A stretch of 62,200 nt of DNA, counting the filler, from Squatina squatina (Eukaryota): assembly GCA_031763465.1 (NCBI GenBank). It is 4 parts of 4 records of this genome, joined end to end, with 100 filler letters (N's around TTAATTAATTAA, not from the genome) between each part and the next. Parts side by side here need not be neighbours in the genome. Positions count along the whole stretch, not along the records: positions 15,772 to 29,430 come from JARFOE010000219.1; positions 29,531 to 48,168 come from JARFOE010000013.1; 2 more parts are not named here. One strand, given 5' to 3'. The position numbers and the translations under genes were made by a program. Under the pieces are notes generated by a model. The model did no database searches. It was not told the DNA's origin and worked only from the letters and a program-made list of their open reading frames with translations. Of the stretch, positions 24,403-37,925 are shown one piece after another (positions within the stretch are counted from its first letter, which is position 1; each line of letters opens with the position of its first letter).

Positions 24403-26910
24403 GATGATAGTGCGTCGGACTGTTTTACATCTATCGTGATTTTTATTTCCACTGAAATCATTGGGAGTGACATAAAATGAGTTGCCAACTTGGCTGTCTC
24501 CAGGTTTACACTATTGCAAAAAGTCAAGAACTATCCCATTACTCCTAGTCAGCATCAGGAAAGGAAGACTGGCCCCGATTTTTTTTGTTTCATTATTTTA
24601 CATTTCAGTCAAGTGTAATGACAAGTAGCATTTCTTTTAAAAAGAACTTTGCTTTCCACCAGTATATCTCGCCGTGCTCCATTATAACAATGAACTGTTG
24701 GTCCACATTTAAACTAATGGTTCAGACACTGAGTGGCACTACTGTGTAAGTTTTGAAGACTTGAGTGACATGTGTTTACTCAAGTTTCGACAACTAATTT
24801 TTAACATTTGTGGAGAATAGGCCATTAAAAATAGGGATATGAATCTTCGTGAAAGAATTTAAACTTCAATTCTGTAATGAATTGTGAAACCAGTATGACT
24901 CATCACATTGTTGTGCTGCTTTTCATAACTCAAAACTGCTGTTATTCCTAACAGGATACATGTATTCGTCAATATTTTTTTAATATAAAGTTTAAAAAAA
25001 CGAAGGGCGGAGGATCCAATGAAAGGGGAATATGTAGGAGAAGCCATGGAAAAGGAAGAATTAATAAGGTGGTTTCCATTTAATAATTTGAGTTTTATGG
25101 AGATGGAGCAGTGTTATGGCTTAGCACAGTGTCTTTCATCTTTAGATTTTGTGTTTAAATCAAGACATATGGATGGGTTAACAGGGCTCTAAAATTAGAT
25201 GTTTGCGCCCGTCTCATCCCAGATCCTAGCAGGCACAAGTACTCTGTAACTCTGCAGGATTGACAATCCAATGGTTCTTCTCAACGAGAAAAGTCAATAA
25301 GGATGAGTCAGCTGAGAGATGAAAGCATTCATTCTGTTGGAGCAAGGCTTGAAGTTGGAGTTGAGACCGCATTTTAGAGAGACTAGGAGGAAATTTTACT
25401 TTTTATCTGGTCTGTGCTAGCTTAGATCTTGTTGTGCTTGATACTGTCCATGGAAAGCTGTTCCATCTCTCTAGCATTGATACCCTTTACACTGAGAAGA
25501 AAGGCAACAAAAATATGAATTACAACAAAAATAACTAATAAGCAACAAAATATTGCAGTGGACATAAATGTATAGGAGTGACGCTGCCGCGCTGCAGGGG
25601 CTCTTCCCTCAAATAAAGGAAGAACACCCCGCTACGAGCTCTGCACTTTTTTTTAACGGCTGGAGCACCGGGGTGTGAGAGTGCCGTGCGGTCAGCCTGT
25701 GTCCAGTGCTCGGGGAAAAACGACCCGAAAAAATATCTGTAATTATTTTTTCGTGCCGGCTGCCCACCGTGCCGTTAAATGGTGCCCCGCAAGTGGCCGG
25801 CCTCAGTATTCAAGAGCCCTGCAGCAGGCAGTGACATTGCCCAGTGCTGCTGCAGGAGTCGAGAGGGAGTTTTACTTTAACGGCGCTACCGGGACAATGT
25901 GCCTGAAGATGCCATCACGATCTCCGGGTGCAGGAGATTGTGGCGGTAACCGGGAGCGTCGCCACAAGCCTCCCGCGGAATTTCACGGGAGGTGCGCTTC
26001 TTGCCTCAGCAGCGCAAAGCCATTTGCGATCCATTAGCACCTCCCACTGGAGACACAAGCCGAGAGGAATTTCAGCCCCTGGGCCTCTCACATGGGGGGG
26101 ACAAGGTAGCAGCTGAAATATCAGGAATATTTACTTTTTTAAAAACAGTAATTTTGATCATAATGNNNNNNNNNNNNNNNNNNNNNNNNNNNNNNNNNNN
26201 NNNNNNNNNNNNNNNNNNNNNNNNNNNNNNNNNNNNNNNNNNNNNNNNNNNNNNNNNNNNNNNNNCACATCCTCAAGCAGACACTTTCTAATAACCAACA
26301 GGTTTTCAATTTAGATAAGACTTCTCCAGCTAACATAGTGATGGCCACAAGACCAAGCAAGTAGAAGCCAGTCATGACAGTGAATATTAACATGGGGATA
26401 AACATAACTGCATTGCGCCCCACCTGTACCTCATAAAAACATTCTATTACAATAAGTGCCTGCAGGCTCTACAACCCCCTCTTCCCCAACCATGAAGTTA
26501 AGTATGTCTATATCATTAGTAGCGAGCTTGAGCAGCAATTTTTCAGCATTGACAGGTTTTGATGTTAAAATATGCAATTTTGGTTGATATTAAGGCATGC
26601 AGCTCATCGTAAAATATAAAAACATAATAAAATGTGAACTATGAAAAGGTTATTCAACTCATTATGTGTGTTTTTTCCAATGGCCCGTGTCAAGCCTAGC
26701 CCTGCAGCTCTCCCTAATTTATCTAATATTCTATGGAAGGTAAAGAAAATTTTAGGAAGAGAAAACGTAAAATTTCTTCCTCATTCTCCGAGGTAATTGA
26801 AGAAAAATATCTGCACAATGTCAGTGAGATTTATTGGAAGGTTTGCTGCTTAAAACATTGCTTTTATTTCAGAAGCACATTTGCTTGCTCTGTAGAGGCA
26901 CGAATAAACT

Positions 26911-27480
26911 AAGGGGGAAAATTTCAGGTCGTCTGCGCCTGCTTTTAGCACCCCTGGGGGGCGCTAAATGATTTTCGCTTGGGCGCGGCACCATTACCAA
27001 CTTTACCGAGTTTAGTGGCAGTACTAACCAGTAGTGCCCTGGACTGCTGCGCCGGCGATGACGACCTGTTTTCATTCTGGTGCGAACTTTTGGTAGCACC
27101 CCGCGAAGCTTCATGGGGCAGGAACATTCTGTAGTGCCCCGTGAAGCTTTGCAGGGTGCATACCAGGCTGTAGGACGCTCGCGGGGTGAAAATTAAAGTG
27201 GAGATGTGGCGGTGAAAATTTTTTTAACTGGCTGACTTACCGGTCGCTGCCTTCTTCACTGCTGATCGCGGGGTCCGTACCGCAATCTTGCAGCCCGGCA
27301 CTCTATTTGTGTGCCGGGCTGCTGCCGTAGTACCCCTGCTCCCTGGTGGTGTAGTAATGGCCCCTTCTCTCTCCTGCAGAGTCGGCAGCTTGGCCCTCCG
27401 CATTAATGGAAGGGGAAGGCCCTGTCTTCCTGCCAGCGCTACGAGTCCCTCCGCGTAGCTCTGGAAAATTTACAACCCTT
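26911..27480. mobile_element. GC-rich MITE-like element, related to 23890-24402
   Basis: Ends aagggggaaaatttc / gaaaatttacaaccctt; internal near-palindrome ttagcacccctggggggcgctaa. Confidence 0.45.
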
Positions 27481-27652
27481 TGCAACCTGATCCCTCCCCT
27501 GAGAGGAAATGGAGCATGAGATTTTGCACTCCACTTCCTGTCGAGGGCGGTANNNNNNNNNNNNNNNNNNNNNNNNNNNNNNNNNNNNNNNNNNNNNNNN
27601 NNNNNNNNNNNNNNNNNNNNNNNNNNNNNNNNNNNNNNNNNNNNNNNNNNNN

Positions 27653-27772
27653 TGGCACTCACGCATCCTCCTCAGGTCAACGGGGTCGGTGACCGTGAGG
27701 AGCACGTCATCGGCGTAAGCCGAGAGGACAACCTCCACGCCCGGCCCTTGCAGAGCCAGTCCCGTCAGCCTC
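27653..27772 (-). mobile_element. L1/Tx1-clade LINE RT fragment
   Basis: VVLSAYADDVLLTVTDPVDLRRMREC contains the YADD RT motif in a Tx1-like context. Confidence 0.7.
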
Positions 27773-28686
27773 TCAGCTCCTTAGATCGATTGGTGAATTG
27801 GCCCGCTGAAGCCAGTTAAGCTCAATTAGTGCCGATCAGGCACCCATTAGCGCTGATTACTAGACCATTTTCTCGGCCGCCCAAAAGTTTTTTTTAAAGA
27901 GCCCAATACCATGAAATAACAGACCAGCACAAAATGGGTGCTTAAAAGATGCCTTTTGACCCCCAACATTTCAAAAAACACATTTTAACTACTGTCGCTC
28001 TTCAAATTTTATTACAGTCATCAGATTAATGTCCCTTTGCAGCTCTGTATGTTAGGGTGACTATAAGTAAATGCATTCAGCGAAGCTTTTGTCTGATCAC
28101 ATGAACAGGCACAAGCCGACAATAAGCTACCTGCTGACATCAACTGTATAATGTTTATGAGCTAATAACTCAGAGTTGTCTTCAGTCCTGAAGCAGGGGC
28201 AGTCATGCAATGATTTATATGGCTATGAAATACTGGCTCTTAATATCTTAATCTAAAACCAAGAGAGTAGGTCTGAAGATAACCGGGAAAGAATTCCTGT
28301 CATGGTGGATAATGTATTTGAAATAATAAAATTATAGTAGGCCACTGAGAACTGATAAATTTCCATTTAGCAAAAGACCCTTACTAACTTCTTATGCGCA
28401 ATATAAATGTTGATGAACTCTACATTCTTCCAAAAATAATGTTTGTAACAACATTGGGGAGATATCGGGTGCATTTTTGACTCCCATTAGCGCCTCTGGA
28501 GGGCGTTAACATAGCGCAAATGACTTTGCGACCGGGCGGGACANNNNNNNNNNNNNNNNNNNNNNNNNNNNNNNNNNNNNNNNNNNNNNNNNNNNNNNNN
28601 NNNNNNNNNNNNNNNNNNNNNNNNNNNNNNNNNNNNNNNNNNNCTGCTGCAGGTGCTTGAAAACCTCCTGCATTACAGGCTTTTTT

Positions 28687-28812
28687 CAGTTCTGACGAAG
28701 GGTCATCGACCTGAAACGTTGAGTCTTGTGTTTCTCTCCACAGATGCTGCCTGGCCTAGCATTTTGTGTTTATATTCTAGATTCCAGCATCCGCAGTATT
28801 TTGCTTTTGTAT
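28687..28812 (+). mobile_element. Penelope-like element terminal fragment with minimal hammerhead-like motif
   Basis: CTGACGA-AGGGTCATCGACCT-GAAACGTT followed by tctctccacagatgctgcctg...; related copies at 16476-16550 (partial) and 54428-54525 (-). Confidence 0.5.
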
Positions 28813-29430
28813 TACAGTAGCTGACAGCAGCTAACAACAACAGCTCGCAGTTATATAATGTCTTTAACATAGTAAAACATCCCAAAGTGCTTCATAGGAG
28901 TGTTATCAAACAAAATTTAAGGAGCTAGCACCTGCACAGGATCATTCGGCTAAACGTTCTTCTTCTGTGCTGTAATTTCTCAGACATTGCTACAATGCTA
29001 TTGGCATTTCAACATATCTAAGCCCAGTTTTTTTTCTACATGTGTGGAATTTTCTGGATTTTCACTTCTGTGAGATATAATTACTGAAAACTGAATCGTC
29101 AACATTCTCCTTCCATAGCAATCTGAGAAATGATAAATGATATTGCAATTTCTATCCTTTACTGGATAACTAATTGTTCTTTGATCCATGCTGTAGTGCC
29201 TAATGGAATCTTAAATTTCTTGGGGGCCCGGCACAGTCTTGGAATACAAATACTATTACTTTAAGAGTTTAAGTCACAGTCATTACCAAGGAAGAGTTAC
29301 CTTCAGAAGCAAGCAATCAGAACTTCCTTGGTCCAAAACCTGGATGGTGTCGGAGCCTCAGAAAGCACCAACTCATTCAATAGCTCTAATTAACAGCAGG
29401 AAAAAAAACCTGAAATAATGAGAAAGTGTG

Positions 29431-29530
29431 NNNNNNNNNNNNNNNNNNNNNNNNNNNNNNNNNNNNNNNNNNNNTTAATTAATTAANNNNNNNNNNNNNN
29501 NNNNNNNNNNNNNNNNNNNNNNNNNNNNNN
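29431..29530. other. Artificial scaffold spacer (N-run containing TTAATTAATTAA)
   Basis: 12-mer at 29475-29486 inside Ns. Confidence 0.95.
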
Positions 29531-29746
29531 CTTGGATCATTGTTTTGCCAATTAATAGAGCATTGTCTTAAGATGATATGCTGAGTTTTATAAATTGATT
29601 TTTAAAAATTTCAAATAGATTAGTTGATCGGGGGACTGGAATGTGGTAAAACTGTATAAATCTGTCTCGATCCACTACAAACATAGCGGCACCAACCAAA
29701 CTAACCAAAACCCAGCTCCGCCAGAAATGTAAAGATCCAAACTCAC

Positions 29747-29893
29747 CCAATGACTCTGTCCCCGCAGCTTGTCATTCGACTCTCCCACTATCTCCTCCCA
29801 CACAGCCGCGGTCCGATCGAAGGAGCAGGAGGCAAGCACTTGTCCAAACTCAGGGTGTGCCCACGTCACTCGCCATACTGACCCACTGTGTGT
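29747..29893 (-). CDS. SEH1L: SEH1-like nucleoporin / GATOR2 subunit, internal WD40 exon
   Basis: tttgtag|ACA...TGG|gtgagt; 147 nt; [49 protein letters not shown], matching vertebrate SEH1L. Confidence 0.97.
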
Positions 29894-30089
29894 CTACAAA
29901 ACAGATTGTATGAAACACCGTACATTAGGATACAGAGAGCAGAGTGGCTCCAATGGTATGCACCTCAGTTAGACTGGTAATCATAGAATTACATAGCATA
30001 GAAACAGGTCATTTGGCCTACCTGGTCCATGCCGGTCGGTGCTTCCTCTCCACCCGAGCCTCCTTCCACCCTACTTCATCTAACTATTA

Positions 30090-30535
30090 GCATGAGGGGG
30101 TTGTCCTATGATGTGAAATTTGAGTCATTGGAATTTAGAAGAATGAGAGGTGATCTCATTGAAACCGAGAAAAGAGTGCTTGACAGGGTAGTTGCTGAGA
30201 GATGTTTCCCATGGCTGGAGAGTTTCGAACTAGGGGACATAGTCTCAGAATAAGGGGTTGGCCATTGAAGACTGAGAGGAGAAGGAATTTCTTCATTCAG
30301 AGGGTTGTGAATCTTTGGAATTCTCTACCCCAGATGGCTGTGGGTGCTCAGTTGTTGAGTGTATTCAAGGTAGAGATAGATAGATTTTTGGATTCCAGGG
30401 GAATCAAGGGATATGGAGATCAGGCGGGAATGTGGAGTTGAGGTTAAAATCAGCCATGATCTTTTTGAATAATGGAGCAGACTCGAGGGGCCGTATGGCC
30501 TACTCCTGCTCTGATTTCTTATGTTCTTATGTTCT
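30090..30535 (+). mobile_element. CR1-clade LINE (HER1-like) 3' end
   Basis: SLEFRRMRGDLIE...RTRGHSLRIRG...RRNFFIQRVVNLWNSLP, followed by the ggcctactcctgctc...ttatgttcttatg tail. Confidence 0.85.
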
Positions 30536-33496
30536 TTAAGAACTGCAGGCTAGCTTTACTTGGTGCTAGCCTTGCGCTTGGACCCCCTGCTGAGGCGTTA
30601 AGCCACTGACCAGCGCATTTAACTCTGCAATCAATTTAATTAGCAGGCAGCAGAATGTTTACCTGCTGCCGACATTCAACTCAACGGGCATGGGCTAATC
30701 ACGCATCACAATACCCATGCCCGTTTTCGGGCCTTATCTAATTTCTCGGCCTTAAACTTAATCCTGTTAAAAATTCTTCGGGGTGGCAATTGGTCTCTTT
30801 GAAATTGTGAAAATTTGGCGCAAACATGGCGCGAAGGCCTTTGCGCTACCACCGCCAGTTGCAGAATTTGTCTTGTGATTTTTTTTCTGTCCAGAGAGCT
30901 TTTAGGCAGTTAACGCCAGGGACAGGAGCAGTGGCAGCGCACAATGTTTGTGACGTTATCACCGTGCGCAGCACCGAGTTCCCGCTCTGTTGCCCTGAAT
31001 TGTTCAGTGCCCCAATGTAACAGGGGTCACTGGGACCACCCTGAAATCATGGAACTCCCCTGCTGGTCGCAGGCAGCGCACCTGTTATTTATAGGGCACG
31101 TCATGGGCGGCATTTTGTTTTTGGATATTTTTGCATATGTATCCTGAAACTGACATTGCATTGCTCCTTTGTGCTGTGNNNNNNNNNNNNNNNNNNNNNN
31201 NNNNNNNNNNNNNNNNNNNNNNNNNNNNNNNNNNNNNNNNNNNNNNNNNNNNNNNNNNNNNNNNNNNNNNNNNNNNNNACAGCTGAGAATTTAAAGCTGA
31301 ATATTCTAATTCAAGAATGTTTCTTCCCAGCAGCTAAAGAGTTAAGCAGCTGTGTTTGTGTGGGCTGCATCAGGAACTATTCATAGTATTACATTAGTTC
31401 GTCTTTCTGAAACAGTGATGTCATCTTTCCGAGAACACTAGAGCTTTGGTTTACCAGAAAGAGCAGAACTTTTCCTGTTGGCACCTGAGAAGAAAGCATT
31501 GTCAACATGATTATGGAAACATTATTGAGCCCTAAATGATGTAGAAACAAGCTGAATGTGTCTATTTTGGAAAATGCAGCTTCTTTAGAATGACTCGTAT
31601 GTTGCTGCTGTTAAATTACTCCAAACAAATGGTAGTTGTGTTTTATTTAAAATGTAAGCCTTTTCAGTACATTACGACTATTGGTGAATATTTGTGTAGC
31701 ATACATATAATTGCCAGCACTTTAAACTCTTAATTTTATAAATATGTTCAAAGGTACAGTTGGGATGAATAAAATATTACACACACTGTACCCACAGGGT
31801 GGTAGCACAAGCTGTTCTACATCATAATATAACTTCTGTTAAGAACCTGGTGAAGACAAACATTAATGGTCAAGCGTATGTCGGTTTTAATTGTTCCAAA
31901 TTACACATTTTTCATTTGAACAAAAAATCCATTGTCTTTTTTTTCTGCCCTTTAACTTTCATAAATCATTCGTCATCCATAGAATGCTGCTGCGGAGTTC
32001 AAACAATTTTTTTTTTCTTAAATTTTCAACTTTGTCCTAGGTTGAATTTTATTGAACATGCTGCACAGGGAAATAAAGATCTAATATAAGATATATTTCA
32101 TTAGTTGGGCTGGCTTAATAGTGGCAAGTTACAAGTTACCACAAGTGGAAATGGAGCTCATTGTCCATTCCTTCACCCCACCCACGCTCCACTCCACAAC
32201 AGTTTGTGATTCTTGTCAAATTAGTTCTTCTGCTTTATTAGCAGATCTCTGGTGGCATTGCTCACAGAGTCTAGGTTTTGTCTGTACACAATGGGACAGA
32301 ATTTGTGGTCGGATGCTTCCTGCATGCGGAAGCTTCCGACCATAAATATTTCTGCGAACTTGTCTTGGGTTGCTGGAGGTTTGGAAACTTTGGTTTCTGG
32401 GTGCCTCGGGTTGTCCACATATGCGCTTCACAGACGTAGATAGGATCACGTGGTTGGGCCCAACCAATCAAGGCAAGTGTATTCTCATTCATACTAATGG
32501 TGATTATCTACATTCGTAGCATTAGTGTCAATGGGAATACCCCCAAAAATGCACAAGCACAAAATTAATTTTTTTTAAATTACATATTTAAAATTAATCA
32601 AAATAAAATTTAATTATTTAAAACAAAAAAATTGTTGAAAAATAAATTTGTATGTTTGAAAGTGACTGAAAATAAACTTGCCTTATTTGACATGATTTTA
32701 AATGTCTAAATTCCTGGAAAAAAAAATTGTTTTTGTGTTTTAAAAGTCTTGCGACTGAAATAGCAGGCCTTTATGCCTGCTTTTTCAGTCATAAGAAATT
32801 AAAGGACTTTCACTGGGCAGGCGTTGGGAAAATAGCCCAGTTCCCTACCCACGGAGGCACTTTACTTTCTCATGCGGTGCATCTGTCAAGAGAAATCTTG
32901 ACCGATCACAAGTTCCGGATTTGGTGCGTGTGCAGTGCATCCTAAACATAGAACTTGTGGGTCCCCTACGGGCCCTTCCGCACTTTGTACACACCCATAG
33001 GGACCGGGATTGCAGGGTCAGTGTATTCGATCAAGTAATATTANNNNNNNNNNNNNNNNNNNNNNNNNNNNNNNNNNNNNNNNNNNNNNNNNNNNNNNNN
33101 NNNNNNNNNNNNNNNNNNNNNNNNNNNNNNNNNNNNNNNNNNNACACTATACTCCTTCCTCAGGCGTCAGCTCAGAGCCTTGCACCTCGCTTAGTGTAGA
33201 GACTAGGTCCCAACTTGGGTCTTCACAGGGTGCTGCACATGGTCCCAGCGGGGTGAAAGGCCAAGGGAAGCTAGTGTGGCAAGTGGCCAGAGGGTAATTT
33301 AGCCAGTCGGCACTGCTGGTCATGGCACAGATGGGTGAGTCAATGTCCCACAGATCCATGGGCTTACACATGCTGCCCCTTTGTGCTGTATGCAAGAGAA
33401 CTACACTAAATGGATCTTTTTTTTTGAATAGTTCCAGTTGAGCTTGGTCATTTATCCTTTGACTTTCAGTGTATCATTTTGCTGTTTGTCTTTCAG

Positions 33497-33692
33497 TAAC
33501 CTTCGAAAACGACATCGTGATGATAGGATAGCCAATACAGCGCAAAAGGTGCAACGAATGAAACAGAAGCTAAGTGAAACTGAGATGAAACGAAAAAGGT
33601 GGTTATATTGGAGACCTGTTCTCATTAACGTTGCTGCAGTTGCTACTCTTGCAGTTGGAGCTATTGTGTGCTGCTCTATGTACTTTAAATGA
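33497..33692 (+). CDS. PTPN2: PTPN2 (TC-PTP) C-terminal exon, TC48-type ER-anchor tail
   Basis: tttcag|T AAC CTT; NLRKRHRDDRIANTAQKVQRMKQKLSETEMKRKRWLYWRPVL plus a hydrophobic tail, matching the human PTPN2 TAQKVQQMKQRL...RKRKRWLYWQPIL region. Head-to-head with SEH1L as in human. Confidence 0.93.
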
Positions 33693-36311
33693 TAAATTAT
33701 GTAACTGTGCATTTAATGGTGTTCAGTGGCATATTGCATCTGAGGTGTAAGGTGCTGAGGAATCCTATCTCTCTTGCACGAGAACAAGATATTTTTGAGG
33801 ATTGACAGGTCAGTGAAGGATGCACTAGAGTGGAGGTACTGAGTTTCACTCAAGTTTGCAACGAAGATTCTCAGGTTCTTGTATTGTCCAGTGTTTGAAT
33901 AATTAAAACCTCCAAGCAGAAAAAAAAAATCCTATTGTAAATACATTATCAGACCTGTGCTGCAATAAACTATTAGTTAAANNNNNNNNNNNNNNNNNNN
34001 NNNNNNNNNNNNNNNNNNNNNNNNNNNNNNNNNNNNNNNNNNNNNNNNNNNNNNNNNNNNNNNNNNNNNNNNNNNNNNNNNNNNNNNNNNNNNNNNNNNN
34101 NNNNNNNNNNNNNNNNNNNNNNNNNNNNNNNNNNNNNNNNNNNNNNNNNNNNNNNNNNNNNNNNNNNNNNNNNNNNNNNNNNNNNNNNNNNNNNNNNNNN
34201 NNNNNNNNNNNNNNNNNNNNNNNNNNNNNNNNNNNNNNNNNNNNNNNNNNNNNNNNNNNNNNNNNNNNNNNNNNNNNNNNNNNNNNNNNNNNNNNNNNNN
34301 NNNNNNNNNNNNNNNNNNNNNNNNNNNNNNNNNNNNNNNNNNNNNNNNNNNNNNNNNNNNNNNNNNNNNNNNNNNNNNNNNNNNNNNNNNNNNNNNNNNN
34401 NNNNNNNNNNNNNNNNNNNNNNNNNNNAATACAATTTTTAATTCCTTATATAAAAGAAATTGGAACAGTGACTGAAGTATTTGCGGATTATTTTCTGGAT
34501 CATTATGTATGTATAAAATACTGGTTAACTCCTTAACCCATAGAGGTTTCCCCAAAAATGCGCTGTCCTTAACTTTCTGTAGCCAGGGCTTTCATTTTCA
34601 TGGTTGTATGAAGTACATTTTTCAATTTATGTATGAAAACTTAACAGTAACTTATTTTTAATTATTTAGTCGGCATTTAGATTCCATAGACATACCTTTT
34701 TTTTAACCATATAATGACCACATTGTAAAGGTACTGATGTATAATTGTTGGCAAGACATCCAAAGTTGCTTCTGTGGGTTAAAGAGTTGAGAAGTGTTTC
34801 TTGCTAGTGATGGTTAATGTGATTATCCTAAGATGAAAGAGTGGAACAAGCTTATGTATTGGGCAGGGAAGGAGCAATCTGTTGACGTTAACGCAACGGA
34901 TCACATTTAAAATTTGTTAGTTTTACATTCCAGTAAGACCAGTTGAATAAAATTTAATCTGAGGAGTATTTCATTATATTGTACCTTTTGTATTGGAGAC
35001 AATGCAGCATATTATAAAATGAGGGGTTGTTGTAAACTTACTGGTCCAGGACCTGACGATGTAAACTGTTCTACAGTATACTCTTGCAATACTCTTAACA
35101 TTGCCACAAGATATGATTAATGAGCAGTTTCCCCCGTAAGCTGCACTGCCTCCTGCGTAGCCTGCCTTCCCCCAATGCGCAGCCCATTCAAATCTTTGCC
35201 CATGTGTGGTATCTGCAATAGAAAAGCCAGTGAGCAGCCTATACTGCACCTTGCAGATGACTGCGCAGCTTAGCAGGAACATCGTTAGTGAGCTCTGTTA
35301 ATACATTAGCACTCTTTAGTGGTGGAAATCTGGTATTGCACATTACAATTTACTATTTATTATTGATGTGTCCCGTGGACTTCAGACCATTTTTTGCACG
35401 TCTTCATCTGTTTTTAAAAAAAAAAGAAAATTCCAGTTCTTGGACCAGTTATTTTTTTTCAATCCCATGGGGGGTTTGGGTGGAAAAGTTGTAAGCCTTG
35501 ATAATAACAATGGACTAAAAATGGATTGTATCAATAATTTATACTTGAGTAATAACTGACAACCGTAAGCAATATGTAATGCATTAAGGTTATCCAGTAC
35601 TGTCGTTACAATTTTGTATTGAAGAGTAAAGGTTGCTTTTTTCCCCCAATTCCTGAATGTGACAGGAGGCACATTTGCAGGTAATACTTACTTTCATGTA
35701 CTGGATGTGCTCTCTCTACCTGTTCCTTTTCATTAACTCTTTAGTATGCTTGCGAACTGTGGACATTTGATAGTTCTGTTTCTCATTGTGTTTTTTTCTT
35801 CTCGTGTAGGACTGATGTTGTAGTCCCATATATGAGCAATTTTCTATGTTCTAGGCATATTTTAGTACCATAAAAGCAATTGCATCTGAAAATTGTGTCA
35901 GTGTTATTAACATCTTTGTTTCATTTAGTGAGGTTCACTATTGTAGTTCTTATCAAATTGGGGAAAAAGTGGATAGATCAAATAGCAGATAGCTTGTGCA
36001 GCTACACTGGCCACAATATTCTTCATTATTTTAATCGTTTTATAGGCACGGCTTTCACATTTTGAGTACCGTGACCTGTTTGAGCAAGAACTTGTAAAGT
36101 TTGACCTATCCAGGTTAAAACTGTGAATTAAATTGACATTTCTTTTCAGAACCAGTTGGCTAATCCACTGGTAAAGTGAAAAGCCAAAGGTGGGGTTCCT
36201 TTTAACCACTCAGATTGATTATTGGGACAAACATCAGGTGAGGACTGGACCCTGGCTTTTTTTGTAAATAAAAATGCTTGAAATAGAAATTAAAAAAACA
36301 AACAGTGTATA

Positions 36312-36642
36312 TGAACATAAGAATTAGGAGTAGGCCGCACAATCCTTCGAGCCTGCTTCGACATTCAGTAAGATCATGGTTATCTTCAACCTCAATTCCA
36401 TTTTCCTGCNNNNNNNNNNNNNNNNNNNNNNNNNNNNNNNNNNNNNNNNNNNNNNNNNNNNNNNNNNNNNNNNNNNNNNNNNNNNNNNNNNNNNNNNNNN
36501 NNNNNNNNNTTAAAGGCATCAAGGGATATGGGGATAGTGCAGGAAAATGGCGTTGAGGTAGAAGATCAGCCATGATCTTGTTGAATAGCGGAGCAGGCTC
36601 GAGGGGCCGAATGGCCGACTCCTGCTCCTATTTCTTATGTCC
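36312..36642. mobile_element. HE1 SINE/HER1 LINE-type 3' tail fragments on either side of a gap
   Basis: gaacataagaattaggagtaggcc... and ...ggccgaatggccgactcctgctcctatttcttatg. Similar tails at 8685-8786, 41635-41773, 44017-44170 and 47060-47550. Confidence 0.7.
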
Positions 36643-37339
36643 TAAAGAACTTTAATTCAGTAACTTCTTCAGCCGTCATGAATATTATCCGTTGGGTTCT
36701 TAATGACAATGCCTGTAAAGTACTTATTAATGTATGGATTCAGTGGAACTGTTGGACTGAATATATGTTCTGTATTGTATGTCATAGGCTAAAGACTGTC
36801 TGACTGCTAACTCCACAGAACAGATGCCACATTCTGCACCTATTTTTATCAGCCGTGGAAAACAGGAAAAAAAAATGCCCGACACGGACAGTGAGGTCTG
36901 CTGTGTAGGAGACCTCACATGTAACTGTTTACAGCGTAAACTACTAGATGCAGGAGACAAAACACACACCTGGCCCCACGGGACTTCTGCAGAGGAAGTG
37001 GATTTCATGTATTGTCACATGTTTTATAATGCTTATAGTCTGTGTTGCAAAAAATTAAGTAAAAAAAGCTTTGTACTTCAGTCATTTCATTGTGTTGTAT
37101 TTTTATACCTTTGATCTGCATTAAATGTTCTGAATTGAAAACAAATTGTTGCTGTGTTTTGTAAAGGAAACTAGTGTTATACATCACAAGCATGATTTAA
37201 ATTTCAAGTTCCATTAATACTACATTTTAATGCACAAACACATTTGAGTTTATATTGAATTGCTAGTTTCCATTTCTGTGCTTGTGAAATTAATTTTCTT
37301 ATTTCCTTTTATTTTTCTACCCTCTTAAACTAAATTTTT

Positions 37340-37925
37340 ATATATTTATTTTTGTTCTTGGGATGTGGGTGATGTTGGCAAGACTTATTCATGGTGAGGA
37401 CCTTCTGCTTAAAGTACTGCACTCCTCCTGGTGTTGCTGCTCTCCTGGAGCTGTTGACTCAGGAAGTCCAGGGTATTGGCCCACTGACGACGAAGGAATG
37501 GGGATGCATGTCCAAGTAAGGATGGTATGCGATTTGGATGTGATGTTTCCATGATCCTGTTGCTCTTGTCCTCAGTGTTGGAGGTCGTCAGACTAGGAGC
37601 TGCTGCCGAGTAACCTCGGGGAGTGCATCCTATAGGTGATGGCAGCCACAGTGCGCTGGTAGTAGAGAGGGTGGATATCGGGGCCAGTAACAGGGACGCC
37701 AATCAAACAGACTGCTCTGTCCAGATGTATAGCTTCTTAATGTTATTGCCATCCCGGCATGTGGTGAGTTTTCCATTACGTTCTTGACTTGAGCTGAGTA
37801 GATGGTGGAGAGGCTTTGGAGAGTCAGAAGGTGAGCTACCCATTGCATAGTACCCAGCCTCTGCCCTGCTCTTATAGCTACTGTATTGATTGATTAAGCG
37901 TCTGGTCAGTGTTGTCCCCCAACAC
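37340..37925 (-). mobile_element. Degenerate non-LTR retrotransposon 3' fragment
   Basis: LSTIYSAQVKNVMENSP-like RT C-terminal translation; homologous to 38648-39060. Confidence 0.6.
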
